DNA of 64,000 nt from Escherichia coli (lineage in GTDB: Bacteria; Pseudomonadota; Gammaproteobacteria; Enterobacterales; Enterobacteriaceae), in NCBI RefSeq assembly GCF_048403405.1, contig NZ_CP183129.1, one strand, 5' to 3'. Numbering within the stretch: the stretch's first letter is position 1; every line of letters starts with the position of its first letter. The notes beneath the pieces were generated by a model. The model was not told the origin of the DNA, did not search any database, and worked only from the letters and a program-made list of their open reading frames with translations. Below, one piece after another: positions 1 to 11,184 of the stretch. A program made the position numbers and the translations under genes.

Positions 1-1167
1 AAATACCCATAAATAACGCAGCGGCATCACTACCGAATTAAGGTTCAACAGCCATTTATAGAGATTGTTCATATCACCAATGCCGAGAGTCGGTAGCATT
101 ATCAGAATCGCCACCAGCACCAGGGTCAGAAAATAGCCATTAACGGGCGTACCAGAAGCGTTGGTACGACATAAACTGGCTGGAATATATTTGCTGTCAG
201 CATCGCCTAATAACACTTTAAGCGGCGCATCAATCGAGAATACCAGCGCAGCTACTTGTCCCAGGGTATTCGCAATGGCATAAATCACCATTAAAGTATT
301 ACCCATGTTGTAATACTCGCCCAGCTTCTGAAAGGCGTAATACTGACCGTTAGTCATTAAGTCATCCGGGATATTACGCGAGTCAAACATCATCCCCATC
401 GCCAGTGAGCCCAGAATGGCACAAACCGCAACCATCACCGCCAGGCATAACATCCCTTTTGGAAATTCTTTTCCTGGGTTGCGCGTTTGATTAACGTAAG
501 GAGAAATCTTCTCTGCTCCGCCAACCGCGAAAACCAGCATTGAAATAGTGGTAATGTAGGTAAAGTCGATATGAGGAATGAACGTTTCCCAGGTAATGTT
601 TGTGGTCGCAATATGCACTTCAGTAATTGCAGGCGCGGTTACCGCCATCGCCACATACAGGAGCGACATAACAAACATCGCAATCCCTGCCACAGAACCG
701 ACGATTTTCAGCGATTTCATACCGCGTGAAGCAACCCACATAAAGAAGATAAACAGCACCAGCGTTAACCCCTGTAACGCTACGACTGAATATTCTTTGA
801 TTAACGAACCGTCGCCTTTCATCGCCCAACCGAGCGCAATCAGTATTGCCTGGGGTTTTTGTGCCAGATAGGGAATATGCACTACCCAGTAGGTCCACGC
901 GGCGAGGTAAGCCAGTCCGGGTCCCATCGTGTGTTTAATCCAGGTACTGACCCCGCCCTTCCCATCTTTGAAGGTCGAGCCTAACTGACCAACAATTAGC
1001 GCATAAGGTGTGAAATAGAGCGCAAAGATAAACACCCATGAAAAAACAACCACCAGCCCCTGGTTGGCGTAGTTATTAACAACGTTGCCAAAACCCCAGA
1101 CAGTGATAAAAGACATCAGCGCAATGTTGTACCATCGCAGCTGTTTTTCCTGAACATTCCCAGCCAT
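1..1167 (-). CDS. ycaM: Putative APC-family amino-acid transporter, 5'-complete but truncated at the window edge (3' end missing)
   Basis: Open frame on the minus strand runs off the window start; the ATG at 1165-1167 gives MAGNVQEKQLRW, matching the remembered YcaM N-terminus; position upstream of ycaD as in K-12. Confidence 0.8.
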   Translation of the reverse strand, partial: MAGNVQEKQLRWYNIALMSFITVWGFGNVVNNYANQGLVVVFSWVFIFALYFTPYALIVGQLGSTFKDGKGGVSTWIKHTMGPGLAYLAAWTYWVVHIPYLAQKPQAILIALGWAMKGDGSLIKEYSVVALQGLTLVLFIFFMWVASRGMKSLKIVGSVAGIAMFVMSLLYVAMAVTAPAITEVHIATTNITWETFIPHIDFTYITTISMLVFAVGGAEKISPYVNQTRNPGKEFPKGMLCLAVMVAVCAILGSLAMGMMFDSRNIPDDLMTNGQYYAFQKLGEYYNMGNTLMVIYAIANTLGQVAALVFSIDAPLKVLLGDADSKYIPASLCRTNASGTPVNGYFLTLVLVAILIMLPTLGIGDMNNLYKWLLNLNSVVMPLRYLWVF

Positions 1168-1326
1168 AGACAAATCCTTCGCCAAAATTAAAGGGGCATC
1201 TGTAAAACGAGGGATTATGCGCGGCAAATAAGAAGTGCGGAAATAGCGAAATGCAAAATTATAACCTGCTGCACATTTTATTTTTAAACGAATAAAATTT
1301 GGAATAAAGCAAGTCAGATAGAAGAA

Positions 1327-1366
1327 ACAAAAAAGCAGAGTGTGAAACAGTAAGTTCACACTCTGC
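1327..1366 (-). terminator. Rho-independent terminator downstream of ycaD
   Basis: Inverted repeat GCAGAGTGTGAAC...GTTCACACTCTGC followed by a T-run on the minus strand, immediately 3' of the ycaD stop. Confidence 0.6.
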
Positions 1367-1376
1367 TTGAATTCAT

Positions 1377-2525
1377 TTACACGTGAGCAACGGGTTTCGG
1401 CGTATGACCGGCGTTGCGAAGCAGCATCAGCAAATAGATAAACGATACGCTGGCGATCATGATAAACAATAAATTATCGGAGAAATTCTGCATTAGCATG
1501 GCAGTAAATGACGGGCCAAGCAGACTTCCCACGGTATAGCTCAACAGTAAGGCCTGGTTCATCGCCACCAGTTGATGATGTTCAACTTTCTCGCAAGCCC
1601 ATGCCATCGCCACCGGATATAGCGTAAAGCCAGCGGCACCGAGGATGAATAACGCTGGGGCCATCGCCGCCTGGCTAAGCATCGCGATACTGCCGAGAAT
1701 GACGACAAAGACCTGAACACGCAACACCAGCAGTCGACCAAACTTATCCGCCAGACGTCCAATCGGCCATTGTCCAAGGATACCCGCACTGACCAGTACC
1801 GCCATCCAGAAACCAATGCTGGCATTGCTCACCCCTTTGTGATTGAGGTACAGCGGCATCAGGCCATATAGAGATCCCAGAACGATTCCTGAGATAATGC
1901 AGCCATTCACGCCAAGCCGCGCCTGACGGAGTTTTAGCATTGACGTAATTGACGTCGCATCATGGTTTTCAGCCTGCTGATTCAGCACACGCGTAAACAA
2001 CAACGGTAAGATCCCTGCCAACGTCAAACCTGTAACCCACGGCAATACGGACATCAGCTCGGTTGAAACTTTGCTGACCAGTAACTGGCCTAAAAACGTT
2101 CCCACGTAATAAACCATCATATACGCAGCAAGCAAACGCCCACGGTTACGTGACGTCCCACTGCACATCAGCGCGCTCTCAACAACCACCCAAATCATGG
2201 CACAGCCGACGCCGGCGACAAAACGCCAAGCCAACCAGCTCCAGAATCCAATCATTAGACCAAGGCCGGCACAGCCAGCGGCAAAAATGAAGGAGGCCAG
2301 ATAATAGCTGCGGTTAAAGCCAATGCGCTTAATGACATACCCTGTCAGCAATGTACCGACCAGGTTGCCGGTAAAATAGGATGAGCTGACAACGCCTACC
2401 TGCCATGTGGACATGTGTTCCTGGGCGAGCCAAAGCGGTACGAGTGTATTTAACACTGCGATCGCCAGAGTCAACAAAAGCAGGCCAGACAGCAAAAGCA
2501 TGACAGGCCGGGTATACGTGGACAT
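1377..2525 (-). CDS. ycaD: MFS transporter YcaD
   Basis: 382-aa ORF, multi-helix hydrophobic MFS-like sequence; length and synteny match K-12 YcaD. Confidence 0.9.
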   Translation of the reverse strand: MSTYTRPVMLLLSGLLLLTLAIAVLNTLVPLWLAQEHMSTWQVGVVSSSYFTGNLVGTLLTGYVIKRIGFNRSYYLASFIFAAGCAGLGLMIGFWSWLAWRFVAGVGCAMIWVVVESALMCSGTSRNRGRLLAAYMMVYYVGTFLGQLLVSKVSTELMSVLPWVTGLTLAGILPLLFTRVLNQQAENHDATSITSMLKLRQARLGVNGCIISGIVLGSLYGLMPLYLNHKGVSNASIGFWMAVLVSAGILGQWPIGRLADKFGRLLVLRVQVFVVILGSIAMLSQAAMAPALFILGAAGFTLYPVAMAWACEKVEHHQLVAMNQALLLSYTVGSLLGPSFTAMLMQNFSDNLLFIMIASVSFIYLLMLLRNAGHTPKPVAHV

Positions 2526-2839
2526 GAATTAAAACCGTGAGGAAGTTCAAATTTCATGCGCATCATGCCACCGCCAAAAACATTGTCAATGGGTGAAAAT
2601 ACGCGCATATCGCAGCGGAGGTATTATCGATTTATATTACTCATTCATAACGCTAATGCTGGAGAGACGATTAATCTCATCTGATTGTTTTTATTGATCT
2701 AACACAAATTTCATACGCTTCGTTCAGTCGAAAAATTTCATGGTCACAGCAAACTCATATTTCCCGTCTATGCTTTCAGAGCAATGCATCGCGTCTGACC
2801 GATTTCAGACGTACCACTGACTCTCGAAAGGAGAAGAGG

Positions 2840-3466
2840 ATGACCAAACCGTATGTTCGTCTTGATAAAAATGATGCTGCCGTTTTGCTTGTTGATCACC
2901 AGGCTGGTTTACTTTCCCTTGTACGGGATATCGAACCCGATAAGTTTAAAAATAACGTGCTGGCGCTGGGTGACCTGGCTAAGTATTTCAACTTACCAAC
3001 TATTCTTACCACCAGTTTTGAAACCGGTCCTAACGGCCCATTAGTTCCAGAACTGAAAGCACAATTCCCCGATGCACCTTACATTGCTCGCCCGGGCAAT
3101 ATTAACGCCTGGGATAACGAAGATTTTGTAAAAGCAGTCAAAGCGACAGGTAAAAAACAGTTAATTATTGCCGGTGTGGTAACCGAAGTTTGCGTGGCAT
3201 TCCCGGCGCTTTCAGCCATTGAAGAGGGGTTTGATGTATTTGTCGTGACTGATGCATCAGGGACCTTTAATGAAATTACCCGGCATTCGGCGTGGGATCG
3301 CATGTCGCAAGCTGGTGCGCAATTGATGACATGGTTCGGCGTGGCTTGCGAGCTGCACCGTGACTGGCGTAATGATATTGAAGGACTGGCGACGTTGTTC
3401 TCTAACCACATTCCTGATTATCGTAATTTGATGACCAGTTATGACACATTAACGAAGCAGAAATAA
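2840..3466 (+). CDS. ycaC: Isochorismatase-family hydrolase YcaC
   Basis: 208-aa ORF; matches YcaC in length and position next to dmsC. Confidence 0.9.
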   Translation: MTKPYVRLDKNDAAVLLVDHQAGLLSLVRDIEPDKFKNNVLALGDLAKYFNLPTILTTSFETGPNGPLVPELKAQFPDAPYIARPGNINAWDNEDFVKAVKATGKKQLIIAGVVTEVCVAFPALSAIEEGFDVFVVTDASGTFNEITRHSAWDRMSQAGAQLMTWFGVACELHRDWRNDIEGLATLFSNHIPDYRNLMTSYDTLTKQK

Positions 3467-3501
3467 AAGAGAACCGGGGTCGAAACCCCGGTTGTTACTG
3501 A

Positions 3502-4365
3502 TTAGCTTGCGACGGCCATCCCCACGGTCATATGCAAACCATAGAATACGCCGCGACCGATTAATTCCCCTGCCAGAAGCAGAATGAATGATACGGAAAG
3601 TAGCGGAACCGCAGGCTGATAACCTTTTAGCTGTGGTGCAATCCACAAGCACAGGGCAACAGCCAAAAGCACGATCCGCCAGGACATCAGCGCACCATAG
3701 TCCGGCACCAGCGCTGCGGCCTGCTGCACAGAGCTATGAATAGTCGCCAGCTCTGCGCCCTGCATCACTGACACCACGCCACTCACTACCAGGGCCAGTA
3801 CAGAAATGGCTGGCAGCAGACGCATCGCCCAGCCATCGACGCCAGCCAGACTCAGCAACAGGTAACCCAGTAACGGGCCGCCCATAAACATCGTCAGGAA
3901 GAAGCCCATCGGCGTCCAGATGCTGTACCAGGTCGGAACGGTATCAATGCTGTTATACACACGCACCATCATCCAGACAAAGATGACGCCAAGAACCATC
4001 GTCACTATCAGCCACAGCGTACGCAATGCCGGTGACAGCTTTTTCAGCATTGCCAGCAACCAGCCGATGCCACCAACAGCAAAAAAGATCGAACCGCTGG
4101 CGATTTCGTTACTGAGTGCTGAAGCCCCTACCCGGTTGAGCGAGTTAAAGGCGCGCATCGGTGAACCAAGATGAAGCATAGAGGCGATAAAGCCAATGCC
4201 CATCAGCACCCATAAACCAAACATGCAGGCAATAACACGCTGCTGGGCTTCTGCTCGCAGGTCGCCTTTGAGCAGCGCCAAAGCCAGAACGATAAAACCA
4301 CCCGCTACACATTGCCCGAAGACCGTGAAGATCATCAGCGGCCATTCATGCCATCCACTTCCCAT
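3502..4365 (-). CDS. dmsC: DMSO reductase membrane anchor subunit DmsC
   Basis: Track ORF 3502..4428; start moved to the internal ATG (MGSGWHEWPLMIF...) giving 287 aa as in K-12; start overlaps the dmsB stop, consistent with translational coupling. Confidence 0.9.
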   Translation of the reverse strand: MGSGWHEWPLMIFTVFGQCVAGGFIVLALALLKGDLRAEAQQRVIACMFGLWVLMGIGFIASMLHLGSPMRAFNSLNRVGASALSNEIASGSIFFAVGGIGWLLAMLKKLSPALRTLWLIVTMVLGVIFVWMMVRVYNSIDTVPTWYSIWTPMGFFLTMFMGGPLLGYLLLSLAGVDGWAMRLLPAISVLALVVSGVVSVMQGAELATIHSSVQQAAALVPDYGALMSWRIVLLAVALCLWIAPQLKGYQPAVPLLSVSFILLLAGELIGRGVFYGLHMTVGMAVAS

Positions 4366-4366
4366 C

Positions 4367-4984
4367 TCACACCTCCTTCGGGTTTGCCAGATAGCCAGTG
4401 GTATCCCCGGTCGGGCGGCTGTTGGCATTGGGTTTGATCACAATATTCGGTTTGGTAAAGTGAGCTCGCGGCAACGGCGCAACGGCCGCCAGATCGCCAT
4501 GTTTTTTACGCAGCTCGTCGATAGGGCCGAAATCCAGCGCCCGCAGCGGGCAAGATTCAACACAGATCGGCTTTTTCCCCTCCGCAACACGGTCATAACA
4601 ACCATCGCATTTGGTCATATGGCCTTTCGTTTCGTTATATTGCGGTGCGCCATACGGGCAAGCCATATGGCAGTAGCGGCAGCCAATGCACACATCTTCA
4701 TCGACCACAACAAAACCATCTTCACGTTTATGCATCGCACCGCTCGGGCAGACTTTAGTACAAGCCGGATCTTCGCAGTGGTTACATGAAATCGACAGAT
4801 AGTAGGCAAACACGTTCTGATGCCAGACACCGTTATCTTCCTGCCAGTCACCGCCAGCATATTCATAAATGCGGCGGAAGCTGACTTCCGGCGTCAGATC
4901 TTTATAGTCTTTACAGGCCAGCTCGCAGGTTTTGCAACCGGTGCAACGGCTGGAATCAATAAAAAATCCATACTGGGTTGTCAT
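4367..4984 (-). CDS. dmsB: DMSO reductase iron-sulfur subunit DmsB
   Basis: 205 aa with four Cys clusters (CxxCxxCxxxCP-type ferredoxin motifs) visible in the translation. Confidence 0.95.
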   Translation of the reverse strand: MTTQYGFFIDSSRCTGCKTCELACKDYKDLTPEVSFRRIYEYAGGDWQEDNGVWHQNVFAYYLSISCNHCEDPACTKVCPSGAMHKREDGFVVVDEDVCIGCRYCHMACPYGAPQYNETKGHMTKCDGCYDRVAEGKKPICVESCPLRALDFGPIDELRKKHGDLAAVAPLPRAHFTKPNIVIKPNANSRPTGDTTGYLANPKEV

Positions 4985-4994
4985 CGGTTACTCC

Positions 4995-7439
4995 TTACAC
5001 CTTTTCAACCTGAACAAGGTTTGTATGTGACGGATTCCCCTTAGCGAGAGGAGACGGACGTTGAGTGGTCAGTACATTGATACAACCGCCCTTATCGACA
5101 CGTTTTGCATCCGGGTCATACCAGGCACCTTCACCCAGTGCGACCACACCCGGCATCATTCGTGGCGTCACTTTCGCCTCAATATGAACCTCACCACGAT
5201 CGTTAAAGATCCTGACTTTATCGCCGTTGTTGATACCGCGTTTTTGCGCATCAAGCGGGTTGATCCACATTTCCTGACGGCAAGCCGCTTTCAGCACATC
5301 AACGTTGCCGTAAGTTGAGTGAACGCGAGATTTATAGTGGAAACCCGTAAGCTGCAGCGGATATTGTTTGTTCAGCGGATCCTGATAACTTTCAAAGCCC
5401 GGCGTATAGATCGGCAGTGGATCGATCACATCGCCTTCTGGCAATTCCCAAGTCGCGGCAATGTCAGCCAGCGCCTGCGAATAAATCTCAATTTTACCCG
5501 ATGGCGTGGTCAGTGGATTTGCCTGAGGATCTTCACGGAAAGCTTTATAAGCAACGTGGTGCCCTTGTGGGTCGCGCTTTTTAAAGATCCCCTGCTTGCG
5601 GAACTCTTCAAACGTTGGCAGTTCAGGAATCGCTTCCCGCGACTGGGCATACAGATGCCGCATCCACTCTTCCTGTGTACGGCCTTCAGTAAACTGTTGC
5701 TCAACGCCAAGACGTTTTGCCAGTTCGCTGGTCATTTCATAGATGGTCTTACATTCAAAGCGCGGTTTAATCACCTGATCGTTGAAAATCACGTAAGACA
5801 TATTCCCGCAGGATGCATCCAGTGCAAAGTCCATCTGTTCGGAAGCGGTGCAGTCAGGCAGCAGGATGTCAGCATATTTCGCTGATGAGGTCATGTGGCA
5901 GTCGATAACCACAATCAGCTCGCACTTCTTATCATCCTGAAGGATTTCATGGGTACGGTTGATTTCAGAATGCTGGTTAATCAGGCAGTTACCGGCATAG
6001 TTCCAGATCATTTTGATCGGCACATCCAGCTTATCTTTCCCGCGCACACCATCACGCAGCGCTGTCATTTCCGGGCCACGTTCAATGGCATCGGTCCACA
6101 TAAACATCGAAATGCTGGTCTGGATCGGGTTTTCGAGGGTCGGCATACGGACAAACGGTAAGCTGTATGAACCTTCACGCGCGCCGCTGTTGCCTCCGTT
6201 AATACCAACGTTACCGGTCAGAATCGCCAGCATCGAGATAGCACGGGTTGCGATTTCACCGTTAGCGTGACGCTGCGGGCCCCATCCCTGGCTGATAAAC
6301 GCCGGTTTGGTACTGCCGATTTCACGAGCCAGTTTGATGATTTTGTCTGCCGGAACACCGGTGATTTGCGAGGCCCATTCCGGCGTTTTAGCCACGCCAT
6401 CTGGCCCTTCACCCAGAATATAAGCTTTATAGTGACCATTTTTCGGCGCACTGGCTGGCAGTGTTTTCTCGTCGTAGCCAACGCAATATTTATCGAGGAA
6501 TGCCTGATCCACCAGGTTTTCGGTGATCATGACATACGCCAGACCGTTAACCAGTGCGGCATCTGTTCCCGGACGAATGGGGATCCACTCATCTTCGCGC
6601 CCGGCTCCGGTGTCGGTATAGCGCGGATCGATGATGATCATGCGAGCATTAGATTTCTGACGCGCCTGTTCAAGATAGTAAGTCACCCCACCGCCACTCA
6701 TTCGCGTTTCGCCAGGGTTATTACCAAACAGCACTACCAGTTTACTGTTTTCGATATCCGACGGGCTGTTACCATCTGCCCAGCCGCCGTAGGTATAGTT
6801 CAAACCTTCCGCAATTTGCGCGGAAGAGTAGTCACCGTAATGGTTCAGATAACCGCCGCAGCAGTTCATCAGGCGAGCGACCAGGGTATTTCCCGGCGGC
6901 CAGGAGCGGGTCATGGTGCCGCCCAGCGTACCGGTACCATAGTTCAGATAGATAGACTCGTTGCCGTACTCTTTGATCAGGCGCTGCATATTGGTCGCGA
7001 TGATGTCGTAGGCTTCTTCCCAGCTAATGCGCTCGAATTTGCCTTCACCGCGCGCCCCGACTCGTTTCATCGGATATTTCAGGCGGTCCGGATTGTAGAC
7101 ACGGCGACGCATGGAACGCCCACGCAGACAGGCGCGCACCTGGTGCAGGCCGTCATAGTTGTCATCGCCGGTATTATCCGTTTCAACATATTTAATTTCA
7201 CCGTCCACAACGTGCATACGTAGCGGGCAGCGACTACCACAGTTAACTGTACAGGCGCTCCAGATAACCTTTTCGTCTGATTTTGTTGGAATGGCGCTAT
7301 CGACAGCGTGCGCAATCCGACTAAAAGGTAATGTTAATGCGCTGCTGGCCATTGCCAGGCCGCCGATCGCTGTCGTTTTTACCAAACCACGGCGACTCAC
7401 CTCAGCAGCCAATACCGCATCAGGGATTTTCGTTTTCAT
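4995..7439 (-). CDS. dmsA: DMSO reductase catalytic molybdopterin subunit DmsA
   Basis: 814 aa; N-terminal twin-arginine signal (SRRGLVK) and a Cys-rich motif near the N-terminus; synteny dmsABC. Confidence 0.95.
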   Translation of the reverse strand: MKTKIPDAVLAAEVSRRGLVKTTAIGGLAMASSALTLPFSRIAHAVDSAIPTKSDEKVIWSACTVNCGSRCPLRMHVVDGEIKYVETDNTGDDNYDGLHQVRACLRGRSMRRRVYNPDRLKYPMKRVGARGEGKFERISWEEAYDIIATNMQRLIKEYGNESIYLNYGTGTLGGTMTRSWPPGNTLVARLMNCCGGYLNHYGDYSSAQIAEGLNYTYGGWADGNSPSDIENSKLVVLFGNNPGETRMSGGGVTYYLEQARQKSNARMIIIDPRYTDTGAGREDEWIPIRPGTDAALVNGLAYVMITENLVDQAFLDKYCVGYDEKTLPASAPKNGHYKAYILGEGPDGVAKTPEWASQITGVPADKIIKLAREIGSTKPAFISQGWGPQRHANGEIATRAISMLAILTGNVGINGGNSGAREGSYSLPFVRMPTLENPIQTSISMFMWTDAIERGPEMTALRDGVRGKDKLDVPIKMIWNYAGNCLINQHSEINRTHEILQDDKKCELIVVIDCHMTSSAKYADILLPDCTASEQMDFALDASCGNMSYVIFNDQVIKPRFECKTIYEMTSELAKRLGVEQQFTEGRTQEEWMRHLYAQSREAIPELPTFEEFRKQGIFKKRDPQGHHVAYKAFREDPQANPLTTPSGKIEIYSQALADIAATWELPEGDVIDPLPIYTPGFESYQDPLNKQYPLQLTGFHYKSRVHSTYGNVDVLKAACRQEMWINPLDAQKRGINNGDKVRIFNDRGEVHIEAKVTPRMMPGVVALGEGAWYDPDAKRVDKGGCINVLTTQRPSPLAKGNPSHTNLVQVEKV

Positions 7440-7609
7440 AATGGCTCACTCAAGCTTGCTCACGATTGATTCCAGTAACAAACCGTATTGTGTAATTATT
7501 TCTATAGCAGGTCGCTATATAGGCTTGTATACATCGAATAATTTGAAAATCAAAGAGATAGGTAGATTTTCACTCGAAAGTAGTATTACGTGTAAGTGAG
7601 GAGTAATTA

Positions 7610-7623
7610 TTGTTCGGTATCAA
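7610..7623 (-). promoter_or_regulatory. Candidate FNR binding site of the dmsA promoter
   Basis: Plus strand ttgttcggtatcaa, i.e. TTGATaccgAACAA on the dmsA strand, matching the TTGAT-N4-ATCAA FNR consensus with one mismatch; dmsABC is a known FNR-activated anaerobic operon. Confidence 0.55.
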
Positions 7624-7631
7624 AGGGAGAC

Positions 7632-7657
7632 AAAAAAAGCGCCCGCAGGCGCTTTTT
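7632..7657 (-). terminator. Rho-independent terminator downstream of serS
   Basis: GC hairpin GCGCCCGCAGGCGC flanked by an A-run and a T-run, so potentially bidirectional; lies just 3' of the serS stop. Confidence 0.6.
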
Positions 7658-7677
7658 AGATTCAGAAAAATTGGGTA

Positions 7678-8991
<1,314 letters not shown>

Positions 8992-9060
8992 TTAAATGGG
9001 AGATGTGGCCACAGCCTGCGACCACAGGGATACAGTAACAACATTACCGCAACGATAACA

Positions 9061-10404
9061 TTAACGGTAGCGTTTTATGGGGCTATTTTGATCCTGTTCA
9101 GCCAGCCAGGCGAGCTTTTCGCCAATCTTGCCTTCAAGGCCCCTGTTTGTCGGGAAATAATAGCGTGTTTGTGCTATTTCCGGCGGGAAATAAACCTCAC
9201 CGGCAGCATAAGCGTTTGCTTCATCATGAGCGTAACGATATTCCTGCCCGTAGCCCATTTCCTTCATTAATTTCGTCGGCGCATTACGCAAATGAACCGG
9301 CACGTCATAATCCGGACGTTCGCGAGCATCCGCCAGCGCGGCTTTAAACGCAGTGTAGACAGCGTTGCTTTTTGGCGCGCAGGCCAGGTAAACAATCGCC
9401 TGAGCAATGGCGCGTTCACCTTCCGCCGGGCCAACTCGGGTAAAGCAATCCCAGGCCGCAATTGCCACCTGCATCGCTCGTGGATCAGCATTACCCACAT
9501 CTTCCGACGCTATCGCCAGACAGCGACGCGCGACATATAACGGATCGCCACCGGCAGTAATAATTCGTGCATACCAGTACAGCGCCGCATCGGGTGCGCT
9601 ACCACGTACCGACTTATGCAGTGCGGAAATGAGATCGTAAAAGCGATCGCCTTTGTTATCAAAGCGGGCGCTACGTTCACCGGCGATTTCGGTCAGTAAT
9701 TCAGGCTTCAGGACCCGCTTACCGCTATCATTGACTTCGGCCATATCCGCCATCATTTCCAGCGTATTTAACGCCCGGCGCGCGTCGCCATTCACCAGTT
9801 CAGCAATGGCGCGTCGTGTTTCATCTGGCAGAACAATATCCTGACCACCATAGCCACGGGTTTTGTCTTCCATCGCCTGAGTCAGTACTTGCTCAATATC
9901 CTCTGTACTCAGGGATTTCAGCAGATAGACACGGGCACGGGAAAGCAGTGCCGAATTAAGCTCAAATGACGGGTTTTCAGTGGTTGCACCAATAAAAGTG
10001 ATGGTGCCGTCTTCAATATGTGGCAGAAACGCATCCTGCTGGCTTTTGTTGAAACGGTGAACTTCGTCAACAAAAAGAATAGTGCGGCGACCAGCATTGC
10101 GGTTTTGCCGAGCGCGCTCGATCGCCTCGCGAATCTCTTTCACGCCTGAAGTAACGGCAGAAATACGTTCCACATCAGCGTTCGCATAGCGGGCAATCAC
10201 TTCAGCGAGGGTTGTTTTGCCGGTACCTGGTGGCCCCCAAAGGATCATAGAATGCAAATGCCCGGCTTCGATAGCGCGCGGCAACGGCTTCCCCGCAGCC
10301 AGCAAATGTTGCTGGCCGATATACTGTGCTAAATTTTCTGGCCGCATACGCGCGGCCAGAGGTTGAAAAGTATTATCCGAAAAATCGAGCGACAGATTGC
10401 TCAC
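9061..10404 (-). CDS. rarA: Replication-associated recombination protein A (AAA+ ATPase)
   Basis: 447 aa; Walker [10 protein letters not shown] present; matches RarA (MgsA/YcaJ). Confidence 0.95.
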   Translation of the reverse strand: MSNLSLDFSDNTFQPLAARMRPENLAQYIGQQHLLAAGKPLPRAIEAGHLHSMILWGPPGTGKTTLAEVIARYANADVERISAVTSGVKEIREAIERARQNRNAGRRTILFVDEVHRFNKSQQDAFLPHIEDGTITFIGATTENPSFELNSALLSRARVYLLKSLSTEDIEQVLTQAMEDKTRGYGGQDIVLPDETRRAIAELVNGDARRALNTLEMMADMAEVNDSGKRVLKPELLTEIAGERSARFDNKGDRFYDLISALHKSVRGSAPDAALYWYARIITAGGDPLYVARRCLAIASEDVGNADPRAMQVAIAAWDCFTRVGPAEGERAIAQAIVYLACAPKSNAVYTAFKAALADARERPDYDVPVHLRNAPTKLMKEMGYGQEYRYAHDEANAYAAGEVYFPPEIAQTRYYFPTNRGLEGKIGEKLAWLAEQDQNSPIKRYR

Positions 10405-10414
10405 TCAGGTGCCT

Positions 10415-11026
10415 CTACTTACGTTGATCATCTACCGTGACGCCTTGCGGCGGGGTGAAGGTAAATTTCGCTGCTTCCACAGCCCCATTTTGCTGGGATT
10501 TCAGTTGATAACTACTGCGCTGATCATCCTGCTCCACCGCGCTAAACTGATGGATTGTGCCATCACGTCCCACGTTAATGGTGAATTGCTTCAGATTGCC
10601 ATTGCTGGCTTTCGGCGTCAGGACAAAGTCATCGCCATTCTGTTTGATATTGTACTGCTGCCAGTCGCTGGACTGGTTGCGGGCAATCAGCATAAACGGC
10701 GTATTACCGGTGGCGTCTTTCAGCCAGGTCGCCGTAGCTTGCTCAACGAACGGGTTATAGAACCACAGTGTTTTACCGTCAGAAACCAGAATGCTTTCAT
10801 CAGGTTGAGTCATATGCCAGTTGAATAAGTTTGGACGTTTCACCCACAGATCGCCCTGACCTTCCTGCACCGCCGCGCCGCTACCGTCAGTCACTTTTTG
10901 TGTGAAGCTGGCGTGGAAGCTGCTGACTTTATCCAGGCGGCTTTTCAGATCGCTTGCGGCATCAGCCCAAACGCTGCTTGCTACTAAGCTTGAGAGTAAT
11001 GCACAGGTGATGGCAATTTTTTTCAT
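10415..11026 (-). CDS. lolA: Outer-membrane lipoprotein carrier protein LolA
   Basis: Track ORF starts MMKK; second ATG gives the 203-aa LolA with signal peptide [21 protein letters not shown]. Confidence 0.9.
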   Translation of the reverse strand: MKKIAITCALLSSLVASSVWADAASDLKSRLDKVSSFHASFTQKVTDGSGAAVQEGQGDLWVKRPNLFNWHMTQPDESILVSDGKTLWFYNPFVEQATATWLKDATGNTPFMLIARNQSSDWQQYNIKQNGDDFVLTPKASNGNLKQFTINVGRDGTIHQFSAVEQDDQRSSYQLKSQQNGAVEAAKFTFTPPQGVTVDDQRK

Positions 11027-11138
11027 CATTATTCCTCAAATTACGTCACTCCCGACCGGGAGCTCCCTCTACTCTCTATTCCAGGCTAATAATCAGCTTG
11101 AGGAAAGAAGAAAATACTGAATTTTCAGTTACCAGATT

Positions 11139-11174
11139 GCCGGATGCGACGCTACCGCGCCTTATCCGGCCTAC
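11139..11174. repeat. REP (repetitive extragenic palindromic) element
   Basis: gccggatgcgacgc...gccttatccggcctac, the canonical E. coli REP motif, in the lolA-ftsK intergenic region. Confidence 0.8.
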
Positions 11175-11184
11175 GATGCATTAA

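Noticed and set aside
578-898. ORFs of 97 and 92 aa near the window start
   Set aside because: Both fall inside the ycaM coding region (minus strand, running off the window edge) in other frames.
3920-4789. Plus-strand ORFs of 84 and 197 aa overlapping dmsC and dmsB
   Set aside because: Antisense to two syntenic, motif-bearing genes; no support.
5319-7223. Plus-strand ORFs of 188, 88, 85 and 318 aa antisense to dmsA
   Set aside because: They lie entirely inside the well-supported dmsA CDS on the opposite strand, have no ribosome-binding sites, and give low-complexity R/A/G-rich translations typical of antisense frames in GC-rich genes.
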